Shown in pieces: positions 50,282 through 61,924 of a stretch of 64,000 nt of DNA; within the stretch, counting starts at the first letter, position 1; each line of letters begins with the position of its first letter. A program made the translations under genes and the position numbers. The stretch is from positions 119,352,001 to 119,416,000 of the forward strand of contig NC_045696.1 in assembly GCF_009834535.1 (NCBI RefSeq), given 5' to 3'. Origin of the DNA: Camelus ferus. Its lineage: Eukaryota. The notes under the pieces were generated by a model, which was not told the origin of the DNA, did no database searches, and saw nothing but the letters and a program-made list of their open reading frames with translations.

Positions 50282-50431
50282 CATACACCTCCGGACAGAG
50301 CCAAGCCCCGGGTGGGGCGATCAACCGTCCTGATTTGCCTGGGGACTGAGGGGTTTCTATGACGGAAAAGTCCTAGGCAAACTGGGCCGAGTTGGTCACC
50401 CTGGCTGGAAGAGAGCAGCAACCACAGAAGC

Positions 50432-50915
50432 GGTGCACACACATCCACACGTGCACCCGTGCACACACAAGACAAAATGTACCCACACATGCACACGTGC
50501 ACAACACACACTCATGCACTTCAAACCACAAGCATAACACAGACACTTGCAAATGTGCACACGTACCATTTGCAACATTTATAACCCATGCAGCACACTC
50601 ACACAAAGCACATGCGCAACACGCACAAGCACACATGCAAAATGCACGTGCATGCCATGCCATGTGCGCACACACGACACACGTGTGCCACACAGCACAG
50701 TGGTTCATACATGAACATGAACACACCGACGACACATATGCCCATGTGACAACACATCACACAGCGGGTCCCTGTGCACCTCACACCACAGCAGACACAG
50801 GCACCACTAACACACTACACACAGCACATATGCACAACATCCGTTTAACACACACACAACCCAGTGCACCCACACTTGCATGATGCAAACACACACAGCC
50901 ACACATACACTCACA
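50432..50915. repeat. Degenerate (CA)/(CATG)-rich low-complexity tract
   Basis: About 480 bp of mostly alternating purine-pyrimidine cacac/tgcac/catg units. Confidence 0.9.
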
Positions 50916-51757
50916 GCTTGGGAAGCCAGAGACTCTCCTGGCTGAGGCAATGTTTCTCATTGGGAAAACATTCTTGCTCTAGGCCAGTGAAAAAAATGTA
51001 TCATCAAAAGAACTGGAGAATGATACACTCATTCATTCAGCAACCACATCTTTCCTGTGTGCTGGGACTTCACCAGGCAGCACAACAATGACCATTTAGC
51101 TGCAGTTGTAATGAGCGTTATGAATTAAAGCTGCAGAGAGCATAAAACTGTGATGGGTGGGCCTGGCTAGGTCTGAGAGTTTCCTGAAAAGAGCTGTTTC
51201 AGCCACAATTGGAGTCAGAGCAGCTGGGCTGGGGCTACAGTGAGTTGAGTGAGGCACCGGGTACACAATCTAAGGAGGCTTCAACCTTGGGCCGACCTGC
51301 ATCTGCGTATGCCTGGCGGCAAGTGGCTGAGTGGCCAGGCTCAGAGGAACCCTTCAGGGATGTGAGCAGTGGTCCTGCTCCCGACCTCTGCTGTAATCTG
51401 ATCCTTGGTGGCTCTGCTGCCCAGGAAACCCTCTGGGTTCTGAAAAGAGCAGTGCTTACAGCGAAGGGACCTCCACCACCCAGCTAACTAGCTGCATTGC
51501 CCCTGGATGCTGGTAACCAGACCCCTCCCCTGGGCCAGCCATGGTGAAGGTGGGCAGGGCAGATGGGGTCCAGGATGAGCCCACCATCTCCCTGGACACA
51601 GCCTGCATGTCTTCACACTTCCCAGCTTGCCTCCTAGGGGTGGGCCACCCTGCCAGGTCAGGTGCAACAGCACTGTATTCTAGCTTCTGTGCCCTGGAAC
51701 TGTCCCCACAGTCTAGTGGACTAAGGAAGGGGGCATAGAGGGGAGGGTTCAGGCAGA

Positions 51758-51975
51758 TTGGAGCAAATCCCTGCTTTGGCACCTACTAGCTGTGTGACTG
51801 TGGGCAGGTCACTTGCCCTCTCTGTGCCTTATTTTCATACCTATAAAGTAGGCATCATGGTAGTGCTAGCACCCATCCTACAGAGTTGTAAGGACTTTAT
51901 GAGTTAATACATGAAAAACTCTTTGATTAAAGCCAGGCTCAAGGCCAGTGCCACACGAGTGCTAGCTGTGATTGT
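51758..51975 (+). mobile_element. MIR SINE
   Basis: aaatccctgctttggcacctactagctgtgtgactgtgggcaggtcacttgccctctctgtgcctt. Confidence 0.8.
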
Positions 51976-52414
51976 TGCTTTCATCCAAAATAAAAGCAAA
52001 CACAACCATCCTAATATCAAAATGTGCTAGCATCAGAGTTAGAACTGGAAGTGTCTTGGAGAACAGGTGCTCCCAGGCCCCTCTGTGTTGTAGAGATAAG
52101 GCTGTTTGACCTGAGAAGCCCGAGACGGAAGAACTAGAACCCAGGGTGGGAAGAGAAGGGACAAGAGTTCCTCCTTTTCTGTCTCTAGGACAGTGGTTCT
52201 CATCTGGAGGCCTGGTTCAAGGCAGACCGCCGGTACCCCACCCAGAGAGTCTGCCCCTGCACTACTAACAAGTCCCCAGGTGATGCTGCTGCTGGACCAC
52301 ACCTGGAGAAGAGCCGCCCTAAGCCAGTGGAGGCAGAGCGCACGAAGTCTGCAGCCCCAAGCTTGCTGGTTGCGCTCCAGAACCGGGGGAAGGGGAAGCG
52401 AGGGCCTTACTTAC

Positions 52415-52950
52415 AGCGGATGCCGTACCTCAGGCAGCGCCCTCTGCAGGGGGATGCGGGCACTGAGCGCCTCCTCCAGGCCGAGCGGGGTCAGCTCATC
52501 ATCTTCTGACGCCTCTCCATCCTCCTCCTCCTCGGCCCCCCAGTCCCTCTCCGCGGCGTCTTCATCCTGCTTCCTGCTTGGCTGCTTGATGAGCCGGTAG
52601 CTGCCACCTCTCCTGCCCTCGCTCCGGTTTCTTCTGCCCCTGGGCGAGGCCACGGCCACCAGGAGCTGATCCTCCCGCAGCGAGATGAAGGGCGGTAGGC
52701 CCCCCAGGGGGCCGTACTCTTGGCCCTCATCCTCGGACTCCAGCACCCACTCCTGGGATTCCCCGAAGTCCAGGCGGTACCCAGCATCGGGGCTGCGCTC
52801 GGCGCCCTGGGCTGTGACCGCCCGGGGCAGGGCGTGCGGGGGAGGGTGCAGCGCGGCCAGCATCAGCAGCGCGCATCCCAGCGACAGGAGCAGCAGCAGC
52901 AGGGCCCGCAGTCCGCAGGGGCCGTGCCGGAGCCGCTTTCTTACGAGCAT
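52415..52950 (-). CDS. GALNT15: GALNT15 polypeptide N-acetylgalactosaminyltransferase 15, coding exon 1 (cytoplasmic tail, signal anchor, stem)
   Basis: ATG at 52950 (AGCAACATGC); MLVRKRLRHGPCGLRALLLLLLSLGCALLMLAALHP...LSARIPLQRALPEVRHP; donor CT|GTAAGT; 536 nt. Phases join correctly through all 10 exons. Confidence 0.96.
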
Positions 52951-53299
52951 GTTGCTGGAACTTGCCAAACGCAACAGGTCATGTTCAAGTTCCCTTTCTC
53001 CTCCGGCGCCAGGTTCCTTCAAGCCGCAGAACCTGGGTTCCTGGTTCCACCTGGAAGTGTTTTGCCGGTCCCTTAACCTGCTCCTTCCCTCCCCACCCAC
53101 CCCACGACTGACACTTGCCAGCAGCGTGTGTAAGACCGGTGTCCACTCACAATCAGAAAGCCACGGACCCAAGTCCCACCCCGGCTCCTCTCTCAGCGGG
53201 TGTCTTTAATTGCCTTCTGAAAGCCCATTCACAGGGACTTCAAACTGAACGTTTGCCCCCTTTCAGCCCCTTTTCCTTTGGGAAAAAAATAATGATTCC

Positions 53300-53800
53300 G
53301 TTCTGCTCAGGTGTCTAGTCCCACGTGTTTCCTCTCCCCCCTTGCGTGAAAGGTCAGGTTGCTACGAGATGCCTGGGGGAGCTGGTGGGTCCGCCGTCCA
53401 GCCGAGCTGACAGCCGTCCTCCTTTGGACCCTTCAAGTCAGGTCAGATCAACAGATGTGAAGCCGGCAGGCAGCCCTGATTCCCTTTGGCACAGAGCTCC
53501 GCGCTCAGCCAGCCCGAGGACCTCTGCCAGACCCAGCCAGGCGAGCGCCTCGCCCCTGGTCCTAACGCCCTCACTGTTCCCAAGCTCTGAGCAGCCCCAC
53601 GGAACACGACTCCGGGGAAAATAAGCGCCGTCACCGCTAGGACCACACCCAGACGGGATCGTCCCAGGAGTTCGGATGGAAGGCGTCTTTCTCCACCCAA
53701 AGGGGCGGGGAAAAGTTTTCTCTCCGGATTTCGGATTTCGGAAAGGCTGCACCTGTGACGGAAATGCAGGGGGCCGGCTGTTTGCAGCCACAGCCTCCCA
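53300..53800 (-). promoter_or_regulatory. Probable GALNT15 proximal promoter / TSS region
   Basis: CpG-enriched non-repetitive sequence upstream of the ATG; GC box ggggcgggg 53702-53710. TSS cannot be located from sequence. Confidence 0.5.
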
Positions 53801-53999
53801 CAGGTGATCCTGTAAAGGTAGGCTGGACCCTCCCTCCGTCGCTGAGGACCCCTGTCCTCATCCTTTTGAAAAGGAGGGAAGCTGGGGAGATGCTCTTGTG
53901 AATAACCCACGGGAGCATCTGAATGCCATCCCCTCAGTTGGCCACTTGGGTTGAGGCGGATGCCGGAAGAGGAGGGCCATGCTCCTTCAGTTGTAGACT

Positions 54000-55150
54000 T
54001 CCTTCATTCAACCAATGAATATTCATGAGCCAAAACTATCCTGGGGACTGGGACTATAACAGCAAATAAAACAGAGTGAAATGTGTGCCTTGTGGAGCTT
54101 ACAATGTAGTGGGAGAGACAGATGGACAGACTGATAATTAAAATATACAGTGAGACAGGTGGTGGCAAGGGCTAAGGAGAAAAATAAAGCAGGGAAGGGC
54201 GCTGGAGAGCATGGGCTGGGGGCTGACAGTGGACACTGAGCGAGGGATGGCTTCACGGAAGCCTCTGTGTAAGGAGGAGGGTTGGGCAGTTGTGAGGATG
54301 AGCATTTGGGGTGGAGAGGACACCTCATGCAAAGGTCCTGAGGTTGACGTGAGAGTGTGCCTGGCCTTTTGAGTGCCAGCAGAGGGCCCAGGTGGCTGGA
54401 ACAGTGTGGGCAGGGTGGGATGGAATGAGAGAGGTAAGGGGGTGGGGATCACATAGAACTTTAGAGGGTATTGCAGGGATTTTGGCTTTTGGTCAGAGTC
54501 AGATGGGAGCCTTTGGAGGGTTGTAAGCAGAGGACACAATGGACTTGGATATTAACAAGACCGCTCTGCCTTCTGTGCTGAGATTAGACCAAGTTGGGGT
54601 AGGGTGGGGGGGGTGGACAGGGCAGAAGCAGGAGGCTCCACCAAGGAGTTACTGCAGTTAGACAGGATAAGGGCGTGGACCTGGCGTGGCCTCAGAGAGC
54701 CGGGAGAAGTGGTCAGCCTCCTGATGTGTTTTAAGGAAGAACCCATAGGAGTTGTTGGCAAACTGATGTGAGGTGTGAGAGAGTCAAGGATGACCCCAAG
54801 TCCTTAGTCTGAGCCGTTGGAAGATGCCATCAATGGAAATGAGCAGGGACGGGGATGAGCACTGGTGGCTCCGTGGGGACATGTGAAGCTGGAGGTGGCA
54901 TTTCCAAGCCAAAGGGAGTGGAAGGACCTGGATGTATGGATACGGAGGGACAGATGGTGGCTGGAGGGCAGGGGGCAGGTCTGGCCTGCAGATATAAAGT
55001 CAGACGCCAGGGTGGTGCACATGGGTGTTTGAGGACCCCAGGGAGTGATGCAGAGGGAGGGAGCTGGGGAGCCAGCGCTCAGAGGCTTCGGGCGTCTGGT
55101 GGAACGGATGGATTAGGGAAGACTGACTGTCAAGGTGGACCTCTGACCAC
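54000..55150 (-). mobile_element. LINE-2 3' region
   Basis: L2 terminus ttcattcaaccaatgaatatt, then gccttgtggagcttacaatgtagtgggagagacag and ggatttggctttt...gatgggagcctttggaggg. Confidence 0.75.
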
Positions 55151-55478
55151 TGTGGGGCGGCCAGGCTGGCGGGAAGCAGGCGTGGGGTGGGGAGTTCCTG
55201 AAGGGACTTGCTCATTGTTTCCAGTCTGATTTTGCTCTTAGATGGTGAGCGTAAACATCTCGTGGGAAAAAATGATTTTCCACTGGATTCAGTTGTTGCT
55301 TCCTGTGTGTGTGTGTGTGTTCCCTGAAGCCACTCAGAGTCAGAAGTGAAAACAGCGTGTCACGAGCCCAGCGTAGTGCCTGACAGACAGCACGGAGGAA
55401 TCGCAGGGTTGGACCATACTGTGTTTCCCAAATCTCACGTCAGGGTGTCCTGGGGGAGGGGGCTGTAGGGCTTTCAGG

Positions 55479-56046
55479 TGAGACACGAGGGGAGGGGACA
55501 GGGCACAGCCATTCAAGGCATGACACAGCCAGTAACACCAAGATGGTGGAAAATTCAACTCTCAGTAGACCCTGAGGCCCAGGATGGGGGGAGATCTGGC
55601 TTCCAGTGGACCTTGAACTTGAGCTTCGTTATACACTCATTGTGACATATTAACATAGTGAGTGACACGCCCACAGGTACCACTACAGTCCCCAGGCTGA
55701 CCATAAAAGGTCAAAAAAGGGGCAGTGGCCCAACTCCTGGGAATCTCCGCCCCTTCCCCAAAGAAGCTGGAGTAATCCCCCCGCTTGTTAGTACCTGAAG
55801 TTCCCGAGCCCATAGAAACCAACAACCCCGCACCCCGTGGCTGCACTCCCTTCTGCCTGAGACAGGCCTGCACTCTGTCTGTGGAGGGTGTATCTCTGAA
55901 AAAATCTACTTTTACTCAACTGTGGCTCGCTCTTGAATTCTCTCCTGGATGAAGTCAAAGACCCTTACTTGATGGGGCACATCCCAGGGGCTTGACCGCG
56001 ACCTGGGACCCGGCCATCCTCTCGCCCCACGTTTTCCTGGATGACA
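55479..56046 (+). mobile_element. MER41-like ERV1 solo LTR
   Basis: TG...CA ends; ggtcaaaaaagggg...gggaatctccgccccttcc...taatccccccgcttgttag...ctcgctcttgaattctctcct...gaccct follows the MER41 LTR layout as recalled. Confidence 0.65.
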
Positions 56047-59000
56047 GGTGCAGGTGGCAGGCATTCTGGGAGATGTAGTTTAGAATTTCTGGGACATCTG
56101 GAGGTTCAGGAGGATGATGGGATAGAAAGTTTCAATTCCAAAGGCTTCCGGAGAACCATGCAGGTCTCCACCCTCCAGGCAGAGAGCTCTCCCCCACCCT
56201 CTGCAGTAACCCCGGCCTCGCCCCTTTCCCTGGCCTACCCTCCACTTGCTAGCTCTTTCCCAGGAAACCAAGCCATATCAACTCATTTCTCCACTTTCGT
56301 GTTTACTCTAACGTCACCTACTCAGCGAGGCCTGCCTGACCCACCTTTTCCCATCGGAGGCTCCTCCATCCACATGTGGCATCCTCTGTCCTCATCCTCT
56401 GCTCTCTCTGAGAGTCCGTGCCCCTTAGCACTCGGTGAGTAAGGTACTCAGTTCTTTGTCAGCTCCCCCTCACCTCCATAAAAGGTTAGCTCCACCCGGG
56501 GACGGGTTCCATCTGTTCACTGCCGTTTCCCCAGAGACTGGACCTGTTCCTGGCACAGAGCAGACACTCAGTAAATATTTGTCAATGAGTATAGAGTCAA
56601 CTAACTGTCCTGATTCTGTGTGTCCCCTGAGATTCTGGGATTTGAATCAGCCCTAAAAGCTTTCCACACAGCTCTTAATCCAAGGATGACACTTGAAGCC
56701 GGCCCTATAGGTAGACTTAAATAAAATTTCCAGGTCCTCTCCAAATGGACAGAGTCCCCTCAGAAACTCTCAAACTGGCCCACACCTGCTGGGATGGCTC
56801 GGGTTGGGAAAGGCCGTCTGGGATGGCAGGGCTCGGCCATGCTGCCCTTGCCCCAGGCTCCCGGGGAAATGCACTCTAATGGCCACCCATGGGACCCCGA
56901 AATGTTCCTTACACCGTTAAAGGAAGAGGCCTCGCTTGTGGATGATGTAGCAAGTGTTACAGGGACCACAGCGTCAGACCGAGACTTCCCCACACCCCGC
57001 AGGCTTTTCAGAGTCACCAGGACTGGAGGGAGCAGCCGGCTTCCCGACCCGGGCCCAGGCTACCTCCCACATCTCCAGATGGAGTGACCAGGAGGCAAGG
57101 GCATCCTGGTGCTGCCTGTCTGGGGGGCCCAGGCTCGGGCAATCACAGTGCCCCAAATCTGCACATGGCTGAGCCCAGAAGCAAGGCTCCTGGTAACTCC
57201 CATCAGCTCCTGGTGGCGTGTGTGCCAGAAAAGTAACTCCAGAAACGGGCAGGTGGTGGGCGTTTCAGCTGCACGTTGCGGGCACTCCTGGAGACCTTCC
57301 CTTGTTTCTTCCATCTCCTCGGCCACCAGTGACTCTCTTGTCCTCTGAACTGAGACCACCCTTCTTACTGTGACGACAGGAGCCCTCTCTGGTGACATCA
57401 GACACTATCAATGCCACCATCTCTCTCGTGACAGCCTTTGCTCAGGGGAACTCTGGCTCTGGGGCAGGACAGCGAGGCTCTGTGTTACTCTTCAAAATTC
57501 TTTTCTTCCAGATTCTTTGGTTTCTGTCCCGATTTGGTCTGTTCAACCTCAGAAGCCAAGCAGTTGACCCTGTGTGATCAGCTTCTTGCAGTGCCACCCT
57601 CTCCCCCGGGGAAGGAGAGGAGATGCTGTTGTCGGGACGGGAAAAGGGCTGTGATGCAAAAGAAATTATGGGGAGCAAAACACCTCAAGAATTGTACCCC
57701 ACATTTGAGTTCCAGGCATCTCTGAAGGTCTAAGGGGTCTCAGAGACCAGTGCATCTCTGTCTTCATTATTCCTCTAATTCTGAGAACAAAGATCCACTT
57801 CCTGCCCGAGTGTAGAAACTAGGTGCAGAAACATACAATCCGCTGGACTCAAATTAGAAAATATTTAGTGTGTGTGTGCATGCATGCGTCTGTGCACATC
57901 TGTAGTGTACACTGGAGACAGGCCTTGCAGATAACAACACTGAAGTGGGGTCGCAGGCATTAAAGATACTGCCAAACTTTTGAGACAGTACCTGGATGAA
58001 TAATTCCACAGGACTTGGAGTCCATTTTGAGGCTGGAAGATGAGTGATGTAACCAGTAGGTTAGGTTGGCCGTGCCTGCAACTGTTCTGTTGGGAAAGCA
58101 CAGGAAAGCCCTACTGGGTGCATTCATTATTATGTTGTCTCCATCCTTTCTGCAAACATTATTGAATATTCACTACATGCCAGGCAGGGGGCGTGGGATG
58201 GAGGGTAGAAAGATGAGTTAGATGGGGCCAGTGAGCCAGGTCCTCATGTGATTATAAACAAACACCGTGCTGGAAGCAAGCACGGAGCCATGTACAAGCT
58301 AATATTTGGGTAACTATGAAGAACACAAAATAAAATGTAGAGGTCTGATATTTCTCCAGGCCTGGAGATGAGCAGCAAGACTGCAGTTACCTTTCCACCC
58401 GTCCACAGGCTGTAAGAGCTTGTGTTCTTGGCGTCTGCTGGTGCTGTCACTTCCAAGGGCTTTCAGGAGTGTGTTAATAATGAATTAAAGCCAAAGTGAT
58501 TCCCAACTTTGAGGCTGCTGCGCTAAAAGCCTGGCATTTGGTTCTGCTGGGCACAGGCAGGGCTGAGGGAGACTTTCCAGCAGGTGGCTTTGAGGGAGGA
58601 CAGTAGTCCAGCCATGGACAATTGAGACTTTGCTCACAGCCATCTCCCATGCGGTCTGTGATCCATGGAAAGTGGGTCTGGAAGGAAGATCTGTGTCTTC
58701 ACCAGTTCATTGGAACCATATGGAGAGTTCCAACCACATGGAGAGTTCTCTCCTCGTCGGCCTCAGCCCTGGGATTTTTGTAACATAGATTCAGGAAAAT
58801 GGACAGAGATGGAGCTAAGGAGGCTGGGGAAAGAGAGTGGACTGGTGCCTGAGTCTGTTCTCAGGTTCTATTTTGTTCTGGGAGAATGTGACTGACAGGA
58901 AAAGTGGAGAATAGAGAGGAGGAGAGAGGGGCTAAGCTGATCTGTGTGATACAGAGGGGAGCGTGGGGAGGATGAGGACACAAACAAAGCAAGGCAATGG

Positions 59001-59114
59001 ACTGAGCGTGAGAGTGAGCGATTTCAAGCTTAGAGGGGGAGGTGGTCTGAAATAACTGCAGGGAAGGGAGAGCAGGGCAAGAAAAGGAAAGATTTTAGAG
59101 GTGTCACTGCACCT

Positions 59115-59575
59115 CACCTACCAACAGTGAAGTACACATTTTTCTCACGGGCACGTGGGAAAATTCTTTAGGATCGACCATACACTAAACCATCAAACAC
59201 ATCTCAATATAGCCAAAAGGACGGAGATCATACAAAGTGTGTTCTCCAGCCAAAATGGGATGAGGCTAGAAGTCAGAAAGAAATTTTAGAAATGTATAAA
59301 TATGTAGAAATTAAACACATTCCTTAATAACAAATGAGTCAAAGAAGAAATTATATGAGAACTTAGAAAATTCTTTGAAATAAATGAAAGTGAAGATACA
59401 ACATACCAAAACTCATCAGATGTGGCTAAAGCAGTCTTAGAGGGAAATTTATAGCTGTAAGTGCTTATTGCAGAAAAGAAGAAAAAATTCAACTTAATAA
59501 ACTAACCTACCACCTTAAGATACTTCAACAAGAACAGCAAAGTAAACCCAAAGTAAATAAGAAGAAAAAAATAAA
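59115..59575 (+). mobile_element. Old L1 ORF2 fragment (end of endonuclease domain)
   Basis: Degenerate YTFFS..HG...RIDH.L.H...IIQSVFS..NGMRLE motif. Confidence 0.8.
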
Positions 59576-59589
59576 AATCTTGGACATAT

Positions 59590-60880
59590 CCCACCTAGTA
59601 TTTGTCAATCTGCCTTAATTTATTTAATGACCACATAGTATTTCATTAAATGGAAAAACTACTCAGTGGTTGATTTAACCATCTTCTATCAGTGCACATT
59701 TGGTTGTTACTAATTCTTTGCTCTTAGAATAATGTTGCCTTTAATATCATTATACACACGAAATCTCATATATATGTGCATGTATTTGTGAATTCCTGGA
59801 AGCGGAATTTCTGGGTCAAAGAAAATGTGCCTTAAAAAATTTAGAGTTATTACAAATTGTACTCCAGAGAGGTTGTATTAGTGCACACTTGTACTAATAA
59901 AATATGAGAATGCCTGTTTCCCCAGAATCTGACCAGGATAGAGTGCTATGAACCTTTTTTATTTTCTTCCTCATAAGTGAGAAATGGTATCTCGGCAACA
60001 GAAACTCTGAAGTGCCTAGTAATAAAACTTACAAAATTTATGGGGGAAACTATACATTTTATTGAAGGAATAAAAGTAACCTGGAGAGATGGCACGATCC
60101 TGGGCGAAAAGACCCAACATCATCAGGATGTCAGTCACCTCACACTAACCTATAAACTCACTATCATTATATTCAGAACCCTCGCTGAGCTTCCCACAGA
60201 TTTCACAAGCTACCCTACAATCCTTATGAATGGGTAAAGAAGCAAGAATAGGCAGGGAGGGTGTAGCTCAGTGGCAGAGCGTATGCTTAGTATGCACGAG
60301 GTCCTGGGTTCAATCCTCAGTACTGCCATAAAGAAAAGAAAAGAAATACTAAAAAAAGAACCAAGAATAGACAAGCTAATTATGAAGAACAAGGAGAGAA
60401 ATCTCTCTCACCTAATGTCTAGATTTACAAAGCTACAATAATTAAAATAATGTGGTATTGGCACATGAATGAGCAGATCAATGGAACAGAATGGAGAGTC
60501 TAGACATAGATCGACAAAAATTAAAAAGTCTGATAATAGCAAGTCAGTCAAAGCTGTGGGGGAAAGGGACTGTCACATGCTACTGGTGGGAGTTGGTCCC
60601 CTCTGCTGAGTATTCTGGTGACATCCAGTCACATTGAAGCTACAGATACTCTACAATGCAATCTCTACTTCTGGGAGAAACTTCTGTTTATGTTCACAGA
60701 AAAAAAGTGTACAAGAGTATTTACTGAAGCACTGTAATAGCAAAAAGTATAAAATAACCCAGATGTTCATCTAATGTCATATAATGAAGTCCTGTGCAGT
60801 TAGAACTAGTGATCTAAATCTACAAGAATCAACATGGATCAATCTGTAAAAGTGAAAAAGTAAGCTGTTGTGATATTCAT
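59590..60880. mobile_element. Fragmented ancient L1 (L1ME-like), both orientations
   Basis: gaatttctgggtcaaag...tatgagaatgcctgtttcccca (minus); tacaaagctacaataattaaaataatgtggtattggcac (plus). Confidence 0.65.
60252..60355 (+). mobile_element. Camelid tRNA-Ala SINE inserted in L1
   Basis: gggagggtgtagctcagtggcagagc...gaggtcctgggttcaatcc; TSD aagaa(g/c)caagaatag on both sides. Confidence 0.9.
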
Positions 60881-61924
60881 GTGAAGTGCTGTCGAGGGTG
60901 CCTAATGGGGAGGACACAGAGGGGCTGGTTACCAAAGGAAGTCCTCGGGCAGAGAGGTACAGATGCTGGCAGTGGGCGCCCAGCCGGGTTTCCACTGCTG
61001 CCGTGGGAGAGGTGTGAGTGCTTGCCACAGATGGGCTGGCCAGGGCTTGGAAACTTGTGACCTTAGGTGCCTCCAGGAGCCAGGCAGGTAACACAAGCAA
61101 GAGTGGTGGGCCAGTGGGGACTGCGTGAGCTGAGACAGTCTATCCCTGTCTGACAAGAGCAGCTGCTACTCAGCCACAGCTAATTTTTGCCAGGAAGGAA
61201 AATAGGCCCAGACTTGTTAAATCTTCTGATTTTTCAAGAAAAGTGGAAAATTCAGATTTAAAAAAAATGTGAAGTCCCAAATTTGTAAAAGCTGGCAACA
61301 AATTTTAAAACTTTAAAATATACCGTTAGGCCAAATAAAACGTGGTGGCCAGCCAAGTTCAGCCAGCGGGCTGCTCATCTGCAACCTCTCTGGTAGAAGA
61401 TGCCCGAAGCCCCACCTATTGGGCATGAGCCCAGAGAAACGGCATCTTTGTCTCACGTGCACCCTCAGCCTTCTGGGGGTGCCTAGAGACGCCTAGACTT
61501 CTGCCCTGACATCACGTGGTTAGGCCCTTCCGTGTCTGCCTGGTGAGCTCACCTCATGCTCCAGCTTCAAGGTTTACCAGATGTCTGAGGACCATCGTTC
61601 CTTGTGGCTCATGGAGTTCTCCAGTGATTTCTTGTCACTGTTTTGCCATCTTCCCTTTCATGAGACATCAGCTGAGCCTACTGGGTATCTGTCTGGCATC
61701 TGTGAGTCTGCACAGCCGGTCAGCCCACTCCACAGCTGAGAACGGGGCTGTCTGCCCAACTTCCCACCTGCACGTGGAAGAGAGATTGTCAGAGGAGCTT
61801 GCAAGTCGAGTGGCAGTGTGTGGGGAAGCGGAGCTTAGGGACCTCACCACCATCTGCATTGTGCGGAATTTTCTGCAGCACAGAGGGAGGGAGAAGCCAG
61901 TGGCCATGCTTCCAGGGGATGGCA

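Noticed and set aside
50392..50883. His/Thr-rich 163-aa ORF and Cys/Val-rich reverse ORFs
   Set aside because: Artefacts of translating the CA-rich low-complexity tract.
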